A stretch of DNA of 64,000 nt from Acidobacteriota bacterium. GTDB lineage: Bacteria; Acidobacteriota; UBA6911; RPQK01; JADFOI01. Location of the stretch: the NCBI GenBank assembly GCA_963663035.1, contig OY760074.1, positions 3,520,001-3,584,000 of the forward strand, given 5' to 3'. How positions within the stretch are numbered: the stretch's first letter is position 1; every line of letters starts with the position of its first letter. The notes beneath the pieces were generated by a model. The model saw only the letters and a program-made list of their open reading frames with translations, searched no databases and was not told where the DNA came from. The translations under genes and the position numbers were made by a program. Of the stretch, positions 38,873-49,086 are shown piece by piece.

Positions 38873-40164
38873 GATCCAAAGACACGCTCGAAGATGGTGT
38901 CGACGTATTTGAGGGTGTTTTCAATGTTAAAGACCTGCTGCACTTCTTCTTGAGTAAGGTGGGTTTTAATGTCTGGGTCGCTCAAGACCAAGGTTTCGAA
39001 GTCGGCATCTTCATCCCACACTCGCATGGCGTTTCGTTGGATCCATTCGTAGGCTCGTTCCCGCAAGACGCCTTTCCGGACCAGCTCAAGCAGGAGTGTT
39101 CCAGAGAAGATCAGACCCTTTGTGAGATGGAGGTTGGCCTCCATCTTGGCTTCGTCAACTCCCAGATTGTGCAGGACGTTCCTGAGCTGGATGCTGAGGT
39201 AGTGGACCAGGATGGTACTGTCGGGAAGAATGATCCTTTCTACAGATGAGTTTGAAATATCTCGCTCGTGCCACAAAGGAATATTCTCGAGGGAGGCCAT
39301 GGCGTTGCTGCGCAGCAAACGAGACAAACCACTGATCTGCTCGCAGGTAATGGGATTCCGCTTGTGAGGCATGGCCGAACTACCCTTTTGCCCGGAAAGA
39401 AACGGTTCGCTGGCCTCCTGGACTTCAGTTCTCATGAGGTGGCGGATTTCCGTGGCCATCTTGTCATAGGTAGAACCCAGGATCGCTAGAGTGCACAGGT
39501 ATTCGGCGTGCCGGTCTCGTTGTAAGGTCTGTGTTGAGACGCGGGCGAAGTCAAGACCCAGCTTCACACACACCTCTTCTTCCACTTGGGGAGAAAGATG
39601 GGAGAAAGAGCCAACCGGGCCACTGATCTTCCCAACTTCCAGGTTTTCTCGGGCCCGCCGAAAGCGTTGCAGGTTCCGCTCCATCTCTGAATGCCACACC
39701 GCCAGCTTGAGCCCGAAAGTAATGGGTTCAGCGTGGATGCCGTGAGTGCGACCGACCATAGGCACATTCTTATATTGAAAGGCTTGGGCTTTTAGGGTGG
39801 ACAGAAGCTCTAACACTTCCTCTTCAATCAAGTTGGAAGCTTCTTGAATCTGCAGGGCCTGGGCCGTGTCCACCACATCCGTTGAAGTCAATCCGAAATG
39901 GATAAAGCGAGAGGCTGGCCCCACCTTCTCTGCCACAGCCGTGGTGAAGGCGATCACGTCATGGCGGGTCGTTTCCTCGATTTCTTTGATCCGCTCGACG
40001 GAAAAATCAGCTTTCTCTTGGATCTCAGCCAGCTCTTTTGGAGGGATCTCTCCCATCTCGGCCAGAACTTCGCAGACAGCGATCTCAACCTGAAGCCATT
40101 TCCGGAACTTGTTTTCCTCAGACCAGACCTGTCCCATTGCGGGCAAGGTGTATCGAGGGATCAT
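38869..40164 (-). CDS. purB: Adenylosuccinate lyase
   Basis: GRTHGIHAEP, GSSAMPHKRNP and WHERDIS motifs. Confidence 0.97.
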   Translation of the reverse strand: MIPRYTLPAMGQVWSEENKFRKWLQVEIAVCEVLAEMGEIPPKELAEIQEKADFSVERIKEIEETTRHDVIAFTTAVAEKVGPASRFIHFGLTSTDVVDTAQALQIQEASNLIEEEVLELLSTLKAQAFQYKNVPMVGRTHGIHAEPITFGLKLAVWHSEMERNLQRFRRARENLEVGKISGPVGSFSHLSPQVEEEVCVKLGLDFARVSTQTLQRDRHAEYLCTLAILGSTYDKMATEIRHLMRTEVQEASEPFLSGQKGSSAMPHKRNPITCEQISGLSRLLRSNAMASLENIPLWHERDISNSSVERIILPDSTILVHYLSIQLRNVLHNLGVDEAKMEANLHLTKGLIFSGTLLLELVRKGVLRERAYEWIQRNAMRVWDEDADFETLVLSDPDIKTHLTQEEVQQVFNIENTLKYVDTIFERVFGS

Positions 40165-40940
40165 AAGTCCAAGACTATGGAGGGTTTGCTTTGGTGAGTC
40201 AAGTGCAGCTGGCAGGATTTGGAGTAGAGAGGAAACGGTTTTGAAAGGGCCTCGGAAGCCTGCTCCAGTGCGATTTTGGGGTGATTATTATGGCGACTGA
40301 GATGAGCCAGAAAGATGTGGGTGGCCTGTCGGTCAAAGGAGTGGGTGAGGAAGGCCGACAGATCCTGATTGGATAGATGCCCGACTCGGCTCAGTACACG
40401 CTGCTTGACACTCCAGGGATAGGGCCCAATTCTCAACATCTGCTCATCATGATTGGATTCCAGAACTAACCAGTCACATCCTGACAGGCTTTCAATGACC
40501 GAGGCAGTCAGTTCGCCCACATCGGTGACCAGGGCTCCGGAAATGCCTTGTCCTGAGAAGCGAAAACCGACAGGCTCCGCGGCGTCATGAGGGACAGCAA
40601 AGGCTTCAACCTGAAGATCACCGACAGAAAAAGGAGAGTCGGAACCAAAGCTTTCCCATCCGTCAACGTTCTGAAGCTCAGACACTTCCTCTCGGGTTCC
40701 TTTATTCATGAAAATCGGTACCTGGTTGCGGGACAAAAAAGACGGTATTCCGCTGACATGGTCACAGTGTCCGTGGGTGAGAAGAATCGCATCAACTTTT
40801 GTGTTCTCCAGCTCAGCTTCCTGAAGCCGCCGTTTCAGACTCCGAGGACCAAAGCCCAAGTCGACTAAGATACAGGTGTTTTCTGTGGCGATTAAAGTGC
40901 AGTTTCCACTGCTTCCACTTCCCAGGACGGATACTTTCAC
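40161..40940 (-). CDS. MBL-fold metallo-hydrolase (YycJ/WalJ-like)
   Basis: LGSGSSGN, THGHCDH, HDA, LESNHD, GHLSN and LAHLS motifs; probable GTG start at 40940. Confidence 0.88.
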   Translation of the reverse strand: MKVSVLGSGSSGNCTLIATENTCILVDLGFGPRSLKRRLQEAELENTKVDAILLTHGHCDHVSGIPSFLSRNQVPIFMNKGTREEVSELQNVDGWESFGSDSPFSVGDLQVEAFAVPHDAAEPVGFRFSGQGISGALVTDVGELTASVIESLSGCDWLVLESNHDEQMLRIGPYPWSVKQRVLSRVGHLSNQDLSAFLTHSFDRQATHIFLAHLSRHNNHPKIALEQASEALSKPFPLYSKSCQLHLTHQSKPSIVLDL

Positions 40941-40991
40941 AGTGAGGTAGAATGTATCAGTTAAGTGTGAAAAAGACGAAGCGAGTGGCCA

Positions 40992-42347
40992 ATGGCTAAG
41001 AAATTTTACATTGCGACCCTCGGTTGCCGAACCAACCAGGCAGACAGTGCGGGCATGCGGGAGGAGTTTCTGTCTCGCGAGTATGAGGAAACCCAACAAT
41101 GCCGGAAAGCCGACTTGATTGTGGTGAACTCATGTACGGTGACGCATCGTGCTGACCAGCAAGTGCGCCAGTTAACTCGCAAATTGCGCCGCCAGAACCC
41201 GGCTGCATGCCTTGTCGTGGCAGGCTGTTACGCCCAGCGAGCACCTCACACTTTGGCCCGTCTCGGCAGTGTTGACCTGGTGGTTGGAAACAGTCACAAG
41301 AGAGATCTTGTTCAGATTGCCACCGCTTTCGACTCGGGAGAGATGGGTCTTCCAACTCATCGGGAGATCGCAGCAATCTACCAGGACGATTTTCGCAATG
41401 TTCCGGTCCTGGGAGTGACGCCGGCGACGCAGACAGCCGGAAGAACACGGCCCTTCGTCAAGATTCAGGATGGTTGTGATGCCAAATGTACCTACTGCAT
41501 TATTCCTCAGGTTCGTGGTCCGAGTCGCAGCGTGCCTCCCCAGATGGTGCTCGAGCATATCCGAAGACTGGTGGAGGAAGGATTCAAAGAAATCGTCCTG
41601 ACAGGCATTCACATGGGGAGCTACGGAATGCATTTGAAACCCCGTTTCTCGCTGGATCGCCTATTGAATGAGATCGTTGCTGTAGCGGGCCTCGAGCGGG
41701 TTAGACTCAGTTCACTAGAGCCCATGCAGCTGTCCCGCCGCTTTATTTCCCTGGCAGCAAGTTGTGAGAAAATTGCTGCCCATTTCCATATCTGCCTTCA
41801 AAGTGGAAGCGACCGGATCCTGAAAAAGATGCTCAGGCCCTACACGACAAGCCGATTTGCCAGTCTTGTGGAGGAAATCCATCAGCGTCTCCCCGATGCC
41901 GCGATCGGAACGGATGTGATTGTAGGTTTCCCGGGAGAATCGGAGGAGGACCACCGTCAGACTGTAGACTTTATGGGGCGGATGCCTTTCACCTATCTCC
42001 ACGTTTTCCCCTACAGTGATCGCACCGGCACCGCCGCTTTTCAGATAGCAGGCAAGGTGGAGTCCCGAGCGATAAAGTACCGCAGCGCGGAGTTACGGCA
42101 GATCTCAGAGGAGAAAAACCGGAACTTTCGTCGTCGTTTCCTGGGGCAGCTGCTTTCCGTATTAACCCTCAGCGAAAAGAAGGATGGGATGCGCACGGCC
42201 CTTTCCGGAAACTACCTGAAGGCCAAGATTGACCCAGAGGTGCCCAGCAACAGAATCGTGGAAGCCAAGGTGGTGGCAGAAGATCGAGATGGATACCAGC
42301 TGTTAGCCCGCACTTCTCACACCCGCTCTACTGCATCGGCGCAATGA
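40992..42347 (+). CDS. mtaB: tRNA t6A37 methylthiotransferase
   Basis: TLGCRTNQ, NSCTVT, KIQDGCDAKCTYC radical-SAM motif and HVFPYS.R.GT; C-terminus supplied by a MITE. Confidence 0.92.
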   Translation: MAKKFYIATLGCRTNQADSAGMREEFLSREYEETQQCRKADLIVVNSCTVTHRADQQVRQLTRKLRRQNPAACLVVAGCYAQRAPHTLARLGSVDLVVGNSHKRDLVQIATAFDSGEMGLPTHREIAAIYQDDFRNVPVLGVTPATQTAGRTRPFVKIQDGCDAKCTYCIIPQVRGPSRSVPPQMVLEHIRRLVEEGFKEIVLTGIHMGSYGMHLKPRFSLDRLLNEIVAVAGLERVRLSSLEPMQLSRRFISLAASCEKIAAHFHICLQSGSDRILKKMLRPYTTSRFASLVEEIHQRLPDAAIGTDVIVGFPGESEEDHRQTVDFMGRMPFTYLHVFPYSDRTGTAAFQIAGKVESRAIKYRSAELRQISEEKNRNFRRRFLGQLLSVLTLSEKKDGMRTALSGNYLKAKIDPEVPSNRIVEAKVVAEDRDGYQLLARTSHTRSTASAQ

Positions 42348-42502
42348 TCCGACCTGACTGCGTTGCACGACCCGTGGCGGGTACCCCTCGCGCGCCAGTC
42401 GGGCCCGCAGGCTTTAGCCTGCGGGCCCGTGGGCTAAAGCCCACGGCTCTGTTTTCCGGCCCTTCCTCCGCTTCGCGACGACCTGGTGTGAGAAATGCGG
42501 GC
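42306..42502 (+). mobile_element. MITE family B copy 2, carrying two REP-like hairpins, TTA target duplication
   Basis: tta|GCCCGCACTTCTCACACC ... GGTGTGAGAAATGCGGGC|tta. Confidence 0.85.
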
Positions 42503-42515
42503 TTAGCCCGTTTGA

Positions 42516-42890
42516 CTACTTCTCAAGCACTACCACCGCCACCGCCTGTTCAGAGGAGTGGGTAATGGAAATCCAGGTGGTTTGAGCCCCCAAGCTCGCA
42601 AAGACTTTCTGGGCCTTGGCGTGGAAGGTCAGTATAGGTTTCCCCCGATCGCCGTTGGTGATCTCTACATCTTGCCAGCTAATTCCCTCGCTCCACCCCG
42701 TGCCGAGTGCTTTTAAGGCCGCCTCCTTGGCGGCAAACCGTCCGCCGAAATGCTGATACTTGTTCTTTCGGCTGGTACAGAAACGAATTTCTTCGGGTGT
42801 AAAAACTTTCTGCTCCATAGTGTGAGTCCTCTTCAGAGCCGTTTGCAGGCGCTCAATGGATACGATGTCGATGCCAATGCCAATGATCAT
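42516..42890 (-). CDS. acpS: Holo-ACP synthase
   Basis: GIGIDIV, RFAAKEA..KALGTG and SITHS motifs. Confidence 0.96.
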   Translation of the reverse strand: MIIGIGIDIVSIERLQTALKRTHTMEQKVFTPEEIRFCTSRKNKYQHFGGRFAAKEAALKALGTGWSEGISWQDVEITNGDRGKPILTFHAKAQKVFASLGAQTTWISITHSSEQAVAVVVLEK

Positions 42891-42915
42891 GGAGTTGTGT
42901 TAGCCTTTCCTCTCG

Positions 42916-43668
42916 ATGTTCCGCGAAAAGAACCTGGGCCCTACTTCCTTTTTTGTGTTCCAGGAATTGGAAGAGATTCCGGGCTTTGTTCACGCCTTCA
43001 CTTCGCGGCGAACCGATTCTTCAATGAAAAGTGCTAATCGGTCCGGGGAACTCGCTCTCGACAAAGGACAATTTCTGCAAGCTATGGGCCTTCGGCTCAA
43101 TGAGCTTGTTTTCTTGGATCAGGTGCACTCGAGCCGAGTCGTCACGGTGAAGAGGCCGCCTTCGGAGTGTCCAGAATCCACTTCAATGGGTCCCGCAGAT
43201 GGTGTCATCACGGTTCGTCCAGCCCAATTTCCTATCATTCAAACGGCTGATTGCCTTCCAATTGTTGTTCTCCTGGCAGAGAAAAAGCAAGTCTGTGTTT
43301 TGCACACGGGTTGGCGCGGCACCCGCGATCAGATCACCGCCAAGGGGGTCGTTCAGTTCCTGCAAGAAACACAAGCATCTCCCAACCAGCTGATCGCTGC
43401 CCTCGGACCTTGCATCCAGAAGTGCTGCTACCAAGTGGGACCGGAGGTGCGAACTCAGTATGCGGAGGCAGGACATGATGTGAATCGCTGCTTCTCCGGC
43501 AGTCACCTCGATCTGGTGGAAGCCAATTCAGCCCAGCTCCAGGCACTCGGAGTGACGCAGATCCTGGATTCGAAAATGTGTACAGCTTGTCGGACTGACC
43601 TGTTTTATTCCTATCGCAAAGAGGGGAAAACGGGGCGCATGTGGCTACTGGCAGGTTTTCAGCTCTGA
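42916..43668 (+). CDS. pgeF: YfiH/PgeF family protein
   Basis: QVHS, ADCLP, HTGWRG, GPCI..CCYQVG, CTAC and FYSYR motifs. Confidence 0.88.
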   Translation: MFREKNLGPTSFFVFQELEEIPGFVHAFTSRRTDSSMKSANRSGELALDKGQFLQAMGLRLNELVFLDQVHSSRVVTVKRPPSECPESTSMGPADGVITVRPAQFPIIQTADCLPIVVLLAEKKQVCVLHTGWRGTRDQITAKGVVQFLQETQASPNQLIAALGPCIQKCCYQVGPEVRTQYAEAGHDVNRCFSGSHLDLVEANSAQLQALGVTQILDSKMCTACRTDLFYSYRKEGKTGRMWLLAGFQL

Positions 43669-44123
43669 CCCATCTTCTCTCGGCGTTCTTTCAGCTTTTG
43701 GGCAAGAGCGGGCTCACTGAGACTCAGGATCTGGATGGCAAAAAGAGCTGAGTTGATGGCACCCGCCTTGCCAATGCTCATGCATGCAACAGGGATTCCC
43801 TTGGGCATCTGTACGGTGGAGAGTAGAGAGTCCCATCCCTTGAGAGAAGAGGAGTCCAGGGGCACCCCAATGATGGGAAGAGTACTGTGAGCGGCCAGAC
43901 TACCCGCCAGGTGAGCTGCGAAACCCGCCCCCGCGATCAGCACTTGAATACCACGACTTTCAGCCGCCTGGGCATAGGCGGATGTCCTTTGGGGATCACG
44001 GTGGGCGGAAAGGACCTTTATCTCATAGGGAACTTCGAACTCTTCCAGAATTTTGGCGGCTTCACCCATGACCTCAGCGTCGCTCTTGCTGCCCATGAGG
44101 ATTCCGATTTTTGGGGCTGTCAT
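43659..44123 (-). CDS. purE: N5-CAIR mutase
   Basis: MGSKSD, SAHR, AAHL and VQMP.GIPVA motifs. Confidence 0.96.
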   Translation of the reverse strand: MTAPKIGILMGSKSDAEVMGEAAKILEEFEVPYEIKVLSAHRDPQRTSAYAQAAESRGIQVLIAGAGFAAHLAGSLAAHSTLPIIGVPLDSSSLKGWDSLLSTVQMPKGIPVACMSIGKAGAINSALFAIQILSLSEPALAQKLKERREKMGQS

Positions 44124-45403
44124 GTTGAGTCCTTTCTTCCCTTCGAGGCTATGTCTCTACGGCAGTACATCCCCTCAAAATTGATTTTGTTGACACCTTC
44201 GTAGGCGCCAATGATCGCTGCCTCGAGCGTGGGAGCCACGGAGGTAACCCCAATAACACGACCTCCATTGGTGAGGGCTTTCCCATCTTTCAAAGCAGTT
44301 CCGGCATGGAAGGCGATAGTGTTTTCATCCTCACTCACCATCTCCAGTCCAGAAATCTCCTGACCCTTTTCATAGGAACCTGGGTACCCTTTAGCCGCAA
44401 TCACAACACTGACCGCCGCATTCTGGTTCCAGCTGATCTTCACATCTTTTAAGCTGCCCGAAGCCATTGCCTCTAAGATGGCGAGAAGGTCACTCTCCAG
44501 GCGAGGTAAAATGACTTGGGTTTCCGGGTCTCCAAATCGGACATTGAATTCGAGAACCTTCGGTCCCTCGCGGTTGATCATGAGCCCAGCGTATAAAATG
44601 CCCCGGTAGGGACTTCCCTCCTCACTCATACCCCTTATGGTTGGATAGATGATCTCATCCAGGATCCTTCCCCGCAGCTCCTCCGAGAGGATAGCATCAG
44701 TGGAGTAGGCTCCCATACCTCCCGTGTTGGGGCCTCGATCTCCTTCGTAGATGGCCTTGTGATCTTGAGAGGGAACCATTGGCAAGATATTGATTCCGTC
44801 CGAGAAGACCATGAAAGAGACTTCCTCCCCGTCGAGAAATTCTTCGATGACAAGTCGATCTCCCGAGGCCCCGAATCTTCTTTCCTCCATGATCCAGCTC
44901 AGTGCCTGAAGGCTGAAATCACAGTCGGGGCAAATAAAGACTCCTTTCCCCGCCGCCAAGCCATCTGCTTTCAGGACCACCGGAAATTGAAAACGGTCGC
45001 TCTTGAGAGCCGCTTCCGCCAGCTCCAGCTGGTCGAAGATTTCATAACCTGCAGTGGGAATGGCGTGCCGCTTCATGAAGTCCTTGGCAAAAGCCTTGCT
45101 GCTTTCCAATTGGGCTGCTGCTCGGGAAGGTCCGGCAATCGACAAGCCAGCTTGCTGGAATCGATCGACGATCCCAGCTGCCAGAGGTGCCTCAGGGCCC
45201 ACCACCGTCAAATCAACTTGCTGGGAAACGGCAAAATCAAGAAGGCCCTCGATGTCATCAGCACCAATGGGGACATTTTGGGCGAGCTGTGCCGTTCCGG
45301 CGTTTCCTGGCGCACAGAAAAGCTTTTCTAGCTGGGGGTCTTGCTTGATCTTCCAGACGATGGCATGTTCCCTGCCACCGGCACCGACGACGAGTACTTT
45401 CAT
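44120..45403 (-). CDS. purD: Phosphoribosylamine--glycine ligase
   Basis: GAGGREHA, GPNTGGMGAY and EFNVRFGDPE motifs. Confidence 0.98.
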   Translation of the reverse strand: MKVLVVGAGGREHAIVWKIKQDPQLEKLFCAPGNAGTAQLAQNVPIGADDIEGLLDFAVSQQVDLTVVGPEAPLAAGIVDRFQQAGLSIAGPSRAAAQLESSKAFAKDFMKRHAIPTAGYEIFDQLELAEAALKSDRFQFPVVLKADGLAAGKGVFICPDCDFSLQALSWIMEERRFGASGDRLVIEEFLDGEEVSFMVFSDGINILPMVPSQDHKAIYEGDRGPNTGGMGAYSTDAILSEELRGRILDEIIYPTIRGMSEEGSPYRGILYAGLMINREGPKVLEFNVRFGDPETQVILPRLESDLLAILEAMASGSLKDVKISWNQNAAVSVVIAAKGYPGSYEKGQEISGLEMVSEDENTIAFHAGTALKDGKALTNGGRVIGVTSVAPTLEAAIIGAYEGVNKINFEGMYCRRDIASKGRKDST

Positions 45404-45427
45404 AGAGTGCTAGGCATCGGTGGCTCT

Positions 45428-45739
45428 TTAACTTTTAGAGTCACTCTTCCCAGTTCCGGAAGCGCTCTTTGAGTCTGAGGCACTCGTTGCTTTCTTTTTC
45501 ACAGTCTTGGCAGAGGATTCCTTAAGCGAGGATTTCTCTTTTGAGGAGTCCTTGCCGCCACTTTTTGGGTAGTCGTTAACGTACCAGCCAGACCCTTTGA
45601 ACTGGATGGTGGGAGCAGAGAGGAGACGTTCCAACGGTCCTCCACAGGCTTTACAGAGGTCGACTGGTGGATCGGAGAACTTCTGAATGATTTCAATCGT
45701 TTCTCCGCAGTCTTCACAGCGGTACTCATAAAGAGGCAT
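45428..45739 (-). CDS. FmdB-family zinc-ribbon protein
   Basis: MPLYEYRC..CG, C..CGG and FKGSGWY..DY motifs. Confidence 0.9.
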   Translation of the reverse strand: MPLYEYRCEDCGETIEIIQKFSDPPVDLCKACGGPLERLLSAPTIQFKGSGWYVNDYPKSGGKDSSKEKSSLKESSAKTVKKKATSASDSKSASGTGKSDSKS

Positions 45740-45898
45740 CTGCTCTCCTGCCGGGTGAAATAGGTGATCGCGACCCCAGATTAACCAAGTTTGTTTTGTG
45801 CCTCTTTATTGTACTGAAAAGGCGAGACACTTAACAGCTCCCGGCTGCCTTTCCTCGGCATTCCTTGCGTGCTATCATCCGCTCAACCAGGGAGAAAG

Positions 45899-46780
45899 GT
45901 GACTGTGAGAAGTGTTCGAAAGGCAGTAATTCCAGTAGCCGGGATGGGTCTGCGGTTCCTTCCGGCCACCAAAGCTATTCCCAAGGAAATGCTGCCCATT
46001 ATAGACAAGCCCACCATCCAGTATGTCGTGGAAGAGGCGGTGCAATCAGGACTTGAAGACATTATATTCGTCACCAGCCGGAGCAAAAGTGAGATTGAGG
46101 ATCACTTCGACTACGACTACAGGCTGGAGCACACACTCAGGGAGCAGGGGAAGCATGACCTTTTGAAGGTTGTGCAGGACATCTCGCAGATGATCACCAT
46201 AACGTCAATCCGTCAGAAGCAGCCACTCGGTCTGGGGCATGCCATCCTGATTACCCAGCCATCTATTGGAGAGGAACCTTTTGGTGTTTTTGTGGGCGAC
46301 GAGATTACTGCCGATGAAGTCCCTTGCATGAAGCAGTTGATCGATGTCTACGAAAAGCACCGGGCCAGCGTCGTGGCCGTACAGGAGGTCCCCCAGGAAG
46401 CCATTTCCCAATATGGAATAGTCGCTGTGGAGCCGGGTGAGGGTGAGGATGACCGCGTTCTTTTAATGAAAGACGTGGTAGAAAAGCCTCCTCCCGAGAA
46501 AGCACCTTCCAATTTGGCCGTGATCGGGCGGTACATTCTCACTCCCACCATCTTTCAGTGCCTGGAAAAGACGAAACCGGCCGCGGGAGGAGAAATTCAA
46601 CTCACCGACGCTCTCCGCAGCTTAATCGAAGAGGAGCCTGTTTACGCCTATCGCTACCAGGGTCCCCGATACGATGCTGGAAATAAACTGGCATATTTGA
46701 TTGCAACAGTTGAATTTGCTCTGCGCCGCGAGGATTTGGGAGAGGAATTTCGAACGTACTTGAAGAACCTCAAACTGTGA
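45899..46780 (+). CDS. galU: UTP--glucose-1-phosphate uridylyltransferase
   Basis: KAVIPVAG.G.RFLPATKAIPKEM, VEKP and GEIQLTDA motifs; GTG start after GGAG. Confidence 0.96.
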   Translation: MTVRSVRKAVIPVAGMGLRFLPATKAIPKEMLPIIDKPTIQYVVEEAVQSGLEDIIFVTSRSKSEIEDHFDYDYRLEHTLREQGKHDLLKVVQDISQMITITSIRQKQPLGLGHAILITQPSIGEEPFGVFVGDEITADEVPCMKQLIDVYEKHRASVVAVQEVPQEAISQYGIVAVEPGEGEDDRVLLMKDVVEKPPPEKAPSNLAVIGRYILTPTIFQCLEKTKPAAGGEIQLTDALRSLIEEEPVYAYRYQGPRYDAGNKLAYLIATVEFALRREDLGEEFRTYLKNLKL

Positions 46781-46786
46781 GACGCA

Positions 46787-48079
46787 ATGTTAGACAGAGC
46801 CTTGATCCGAGAAAACCTTGATCAGGTTGAGGAGCGGCTGAAAACAAAGAGTTTTGAGCTGGATCGGGAAGAGTTTTTAGGCCTGGATCAAGAGGAGCGC
46901 TCGGTCCGTCAAGAGTGGGAAGAGCTGCGAGCCCTGCGCAATTCCACCAGTGAGGAAATCGCCGAGCTGAAAAAGAAAGGCCAGGCAGCGGACCAGAAGA
47001 TTAAGCAGATGAAGCAGGTCTCGGCTGGCATCAAGAAATTGGATGAGCGGTTCAAAATACTGAACACCCGCATGGGTGAGCTTCTGGCTCTGATCCCAAA
47101 TCTTCCCCATGACAGCGTGCCTGTTGGTCCCGATGAATCCTCCAACACGCTGGTGCGGACAGTCGGCGAGCCACCCCAGTTCGATTTTCCGGTCAAGGAT
47201 CATGTTGAGCTGGGTGTGAATCTAGGAATCCTTGATCTGGAGCGAGCCAGCAAGATTGCCGGGGCTCGATTCGCCAACTATTACGGGGCTGGAGCGTTGC
47301 TGGAACGAGCTCTCATGAACTTCATGCTGCATGTACACACCCGTGACCACTCGTATTTGGAGATCCTTCCACCTTTTATGGCCAACCGCAACAGCTTTTT
47401 TGGAACCGGGAATCTACCGAAATTCGAAGCGGAGCTATTCCATGTGGAAGGGACAGATTATTTTCTGGTTCCCACCGCTGAGGTTCCCGTGACCAATGTC
47501 TTTGCAGGTGAAACCTTAGCGGATGAGGATCTCCCGCTGAATTTCGTTTCTCATACCCCCTGCTTCCGTAGCGAAGCAGGCTCTTATGGTCAGGATACCA
47601 AGGGGTTGATTCGGCAGCACCAGTTCAATAAGGTGGAGCTTGTCAAGTTTTGCAGACCCGACGATTCCTATCAGCAACTGGAAGAGTTGACCTCCCACGC
47701 GGAAGAAATCCTGAGCCGGCTGGAGCTTCCTTACCGGGTGGTCACCCTCTCCACCGGCGATATGAGCTTCAGCGCCGCCAAGACCTATGACCTGGAAGTG
47801 TGGATGCCCAGTCAGAACAAGTACCGAGAGATTTCATCGTGCAGTAATTTCGAGGACTTTCAAGCCCGCCGAGCCAACATCCGCTGCAAGGCGAGTGGCA
47901 GCAAGCGAACCCGCTTTGTCCATACCCTGAACGGTTCAGGATTGGCTGTGGGAAGAACCTGGGTAGCCCTCATGGAGAACTTTCAGGAGGCAGCGGGGAC
48001 GGTGCGGATTCCTGAAGTGCTGCGGCCCTGGATGTATGGGATGGAACAGCTAACCGAAGAGCCTTTTATGCTACCCTAA
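46787..48079 (+). CDS. serS: Serine--tRNA ligase
   Basis: [20 protein letters not shown] and TLNGSGLA motifs. Confidence 0.98.
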   Translation: MLDRALIRENLDQVEERLKTKSFELDREEFLGLDQEERSVRQEWEELRALRNSTSEEIAELKKKGQAADQKIKQMKQVSAGIKKLDERFKILNTRMGELLALIPNLPHDSVPVGPDESSNTLVRTVGEPPQFDFPVKDHVELGVNLGILDLERASKIAGARFANYYGAGALLERALMNFMLHVHTRDHSYLEILPPFMANRNSFFGTGNLPKFEAELFHVEGTDYFLVPTAEVPVTNVFAGETLADEDLPLNFVSHTPCFRSEAGSYGQDTKGLIRQHQFNKVELVKFCRPDDSYQQLEELTSHAEEILSRLELPYRVVTLSTGDMSFSAAKTYDLEVWMPSQNKYREISSCSNFEDFQARRANIRCKASGSKRTRFVHTLNGSGLAVGRTWVALMENFQEAAGTVRIPEVLRPWMYGMEQLTEEPFMLP

Positions 48080-48129
48080 CATGACGGAATCCTGTAACTT
48101 GCCGGGCTCTGGTGAACCCTGATTGAAGA

Positions 48130-49086
48130 ATGATCAAATTTAATCTTGACAAGGAAGTAGCCTTAACTTTTTACGATCAAATTAAAGGGCAGCTTCTTTC
48201 CGCCATCTATTGCGGCAAGATCAAGGAAGGGGACCGGCTGCCCTCCATCCGAGAGCTGGCGGAGGCCCTCGATGTCAACTACAAGACAGCCCGCAAGGTC
48301 TATCTTCGCCTGGCTGAAGAAAACTACATAGAGATTGTTAAGGGCAGCGGGGCCTTTCTGCAAAAGGGAAGCGGAGAAAAGAGTTACGAGCAAATGCGTC
48401 GGCAGGCGATCTTCAAGTTGCTGGGGGAAGTCGCCGAAAGAGCTCAAAACCTGGGGTTGTCTTCGGGGAGATTTCTCCGGCTTCTGGAGGGCTATTTCTC
48501 AGGTACGAACCTGAAGAAACTTCACCTTGTGGTCATTGACCATGAAGAGGAGGCCTTTATTTTTTCACGCGAGCTGAAACTGCGTTTGGGGGTCGATGCT
48601 TCATCCGTTTCCTTGAACCAAATCCAGACCAACGGGGCAAACGACTTATTTACCAACGGTGATTACTTTTTAACCACCAGCTGGCACATGGAAGAGGTGC
48701 ATCGCTTAGCCGAGAAATACAAAAAGCAAGTGATGGAAATCAAGCCCAGTCACGAAATCTATACAGAGATCTTGAATGCGGCTCGTGATCGAAAGGTGGC
48801 CATTGTTATCCAGGACGAAGAGACGATGCACGCTTCCTGGGAAATCTTCATGAACATCTATCATCCTTCAACTGAGAAGCAGTTTTGGATTGCACCGATC
48901 AACCGGGAGGATATAATCGAGAAGATCATCCAGGAAGCAGAGCTTATCTTTGTTTCCCCTATGTGCTGGGATGAAATGAGAAGGCGCACCCCAGCAGAAA
49001 TAGAATTGAAAACCTACGAGAACTTTATTTCTCAAGAGACAATCGATTCTCTTAAGGAGCTTCAACTACTTGGGGTCCGGCCCTGA
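48130..49086 (+). CDS. GntR-family transcriptional regulator with long C-terminal region
   Basis: GDRLPSIRELA...VN..T..K.Y..L..E winged HTH. Confidence 0.88.
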   Translation: MIKFNLDKEVALTFYDQIKGQLLSAIYCGKIKEGDRLPSIRELAEALDVNYKTARKVYLRLAEENYIEIVKGSGAFLQKGSGEKSYEQMRRQAIFKLLGEVAERAQNLGLSSGRFLRLLEGYFSGTNLKKLHLVVIDHEEEAFIFSRELKLRLGVDASSVSLNQIQTNGANDLFTNGDYFLTTSWHMEEVHRLAEKYKKQVMEIKPSHEIYTEILNAARDRKVAIVIQDEETMHASWEIFMNIYHPSTEKQFWIAPINREDIIEKIIQEAELIFVSPMCWDEMRRRTPAEIELKTYENFISQETIDSLKELQLLGVRP

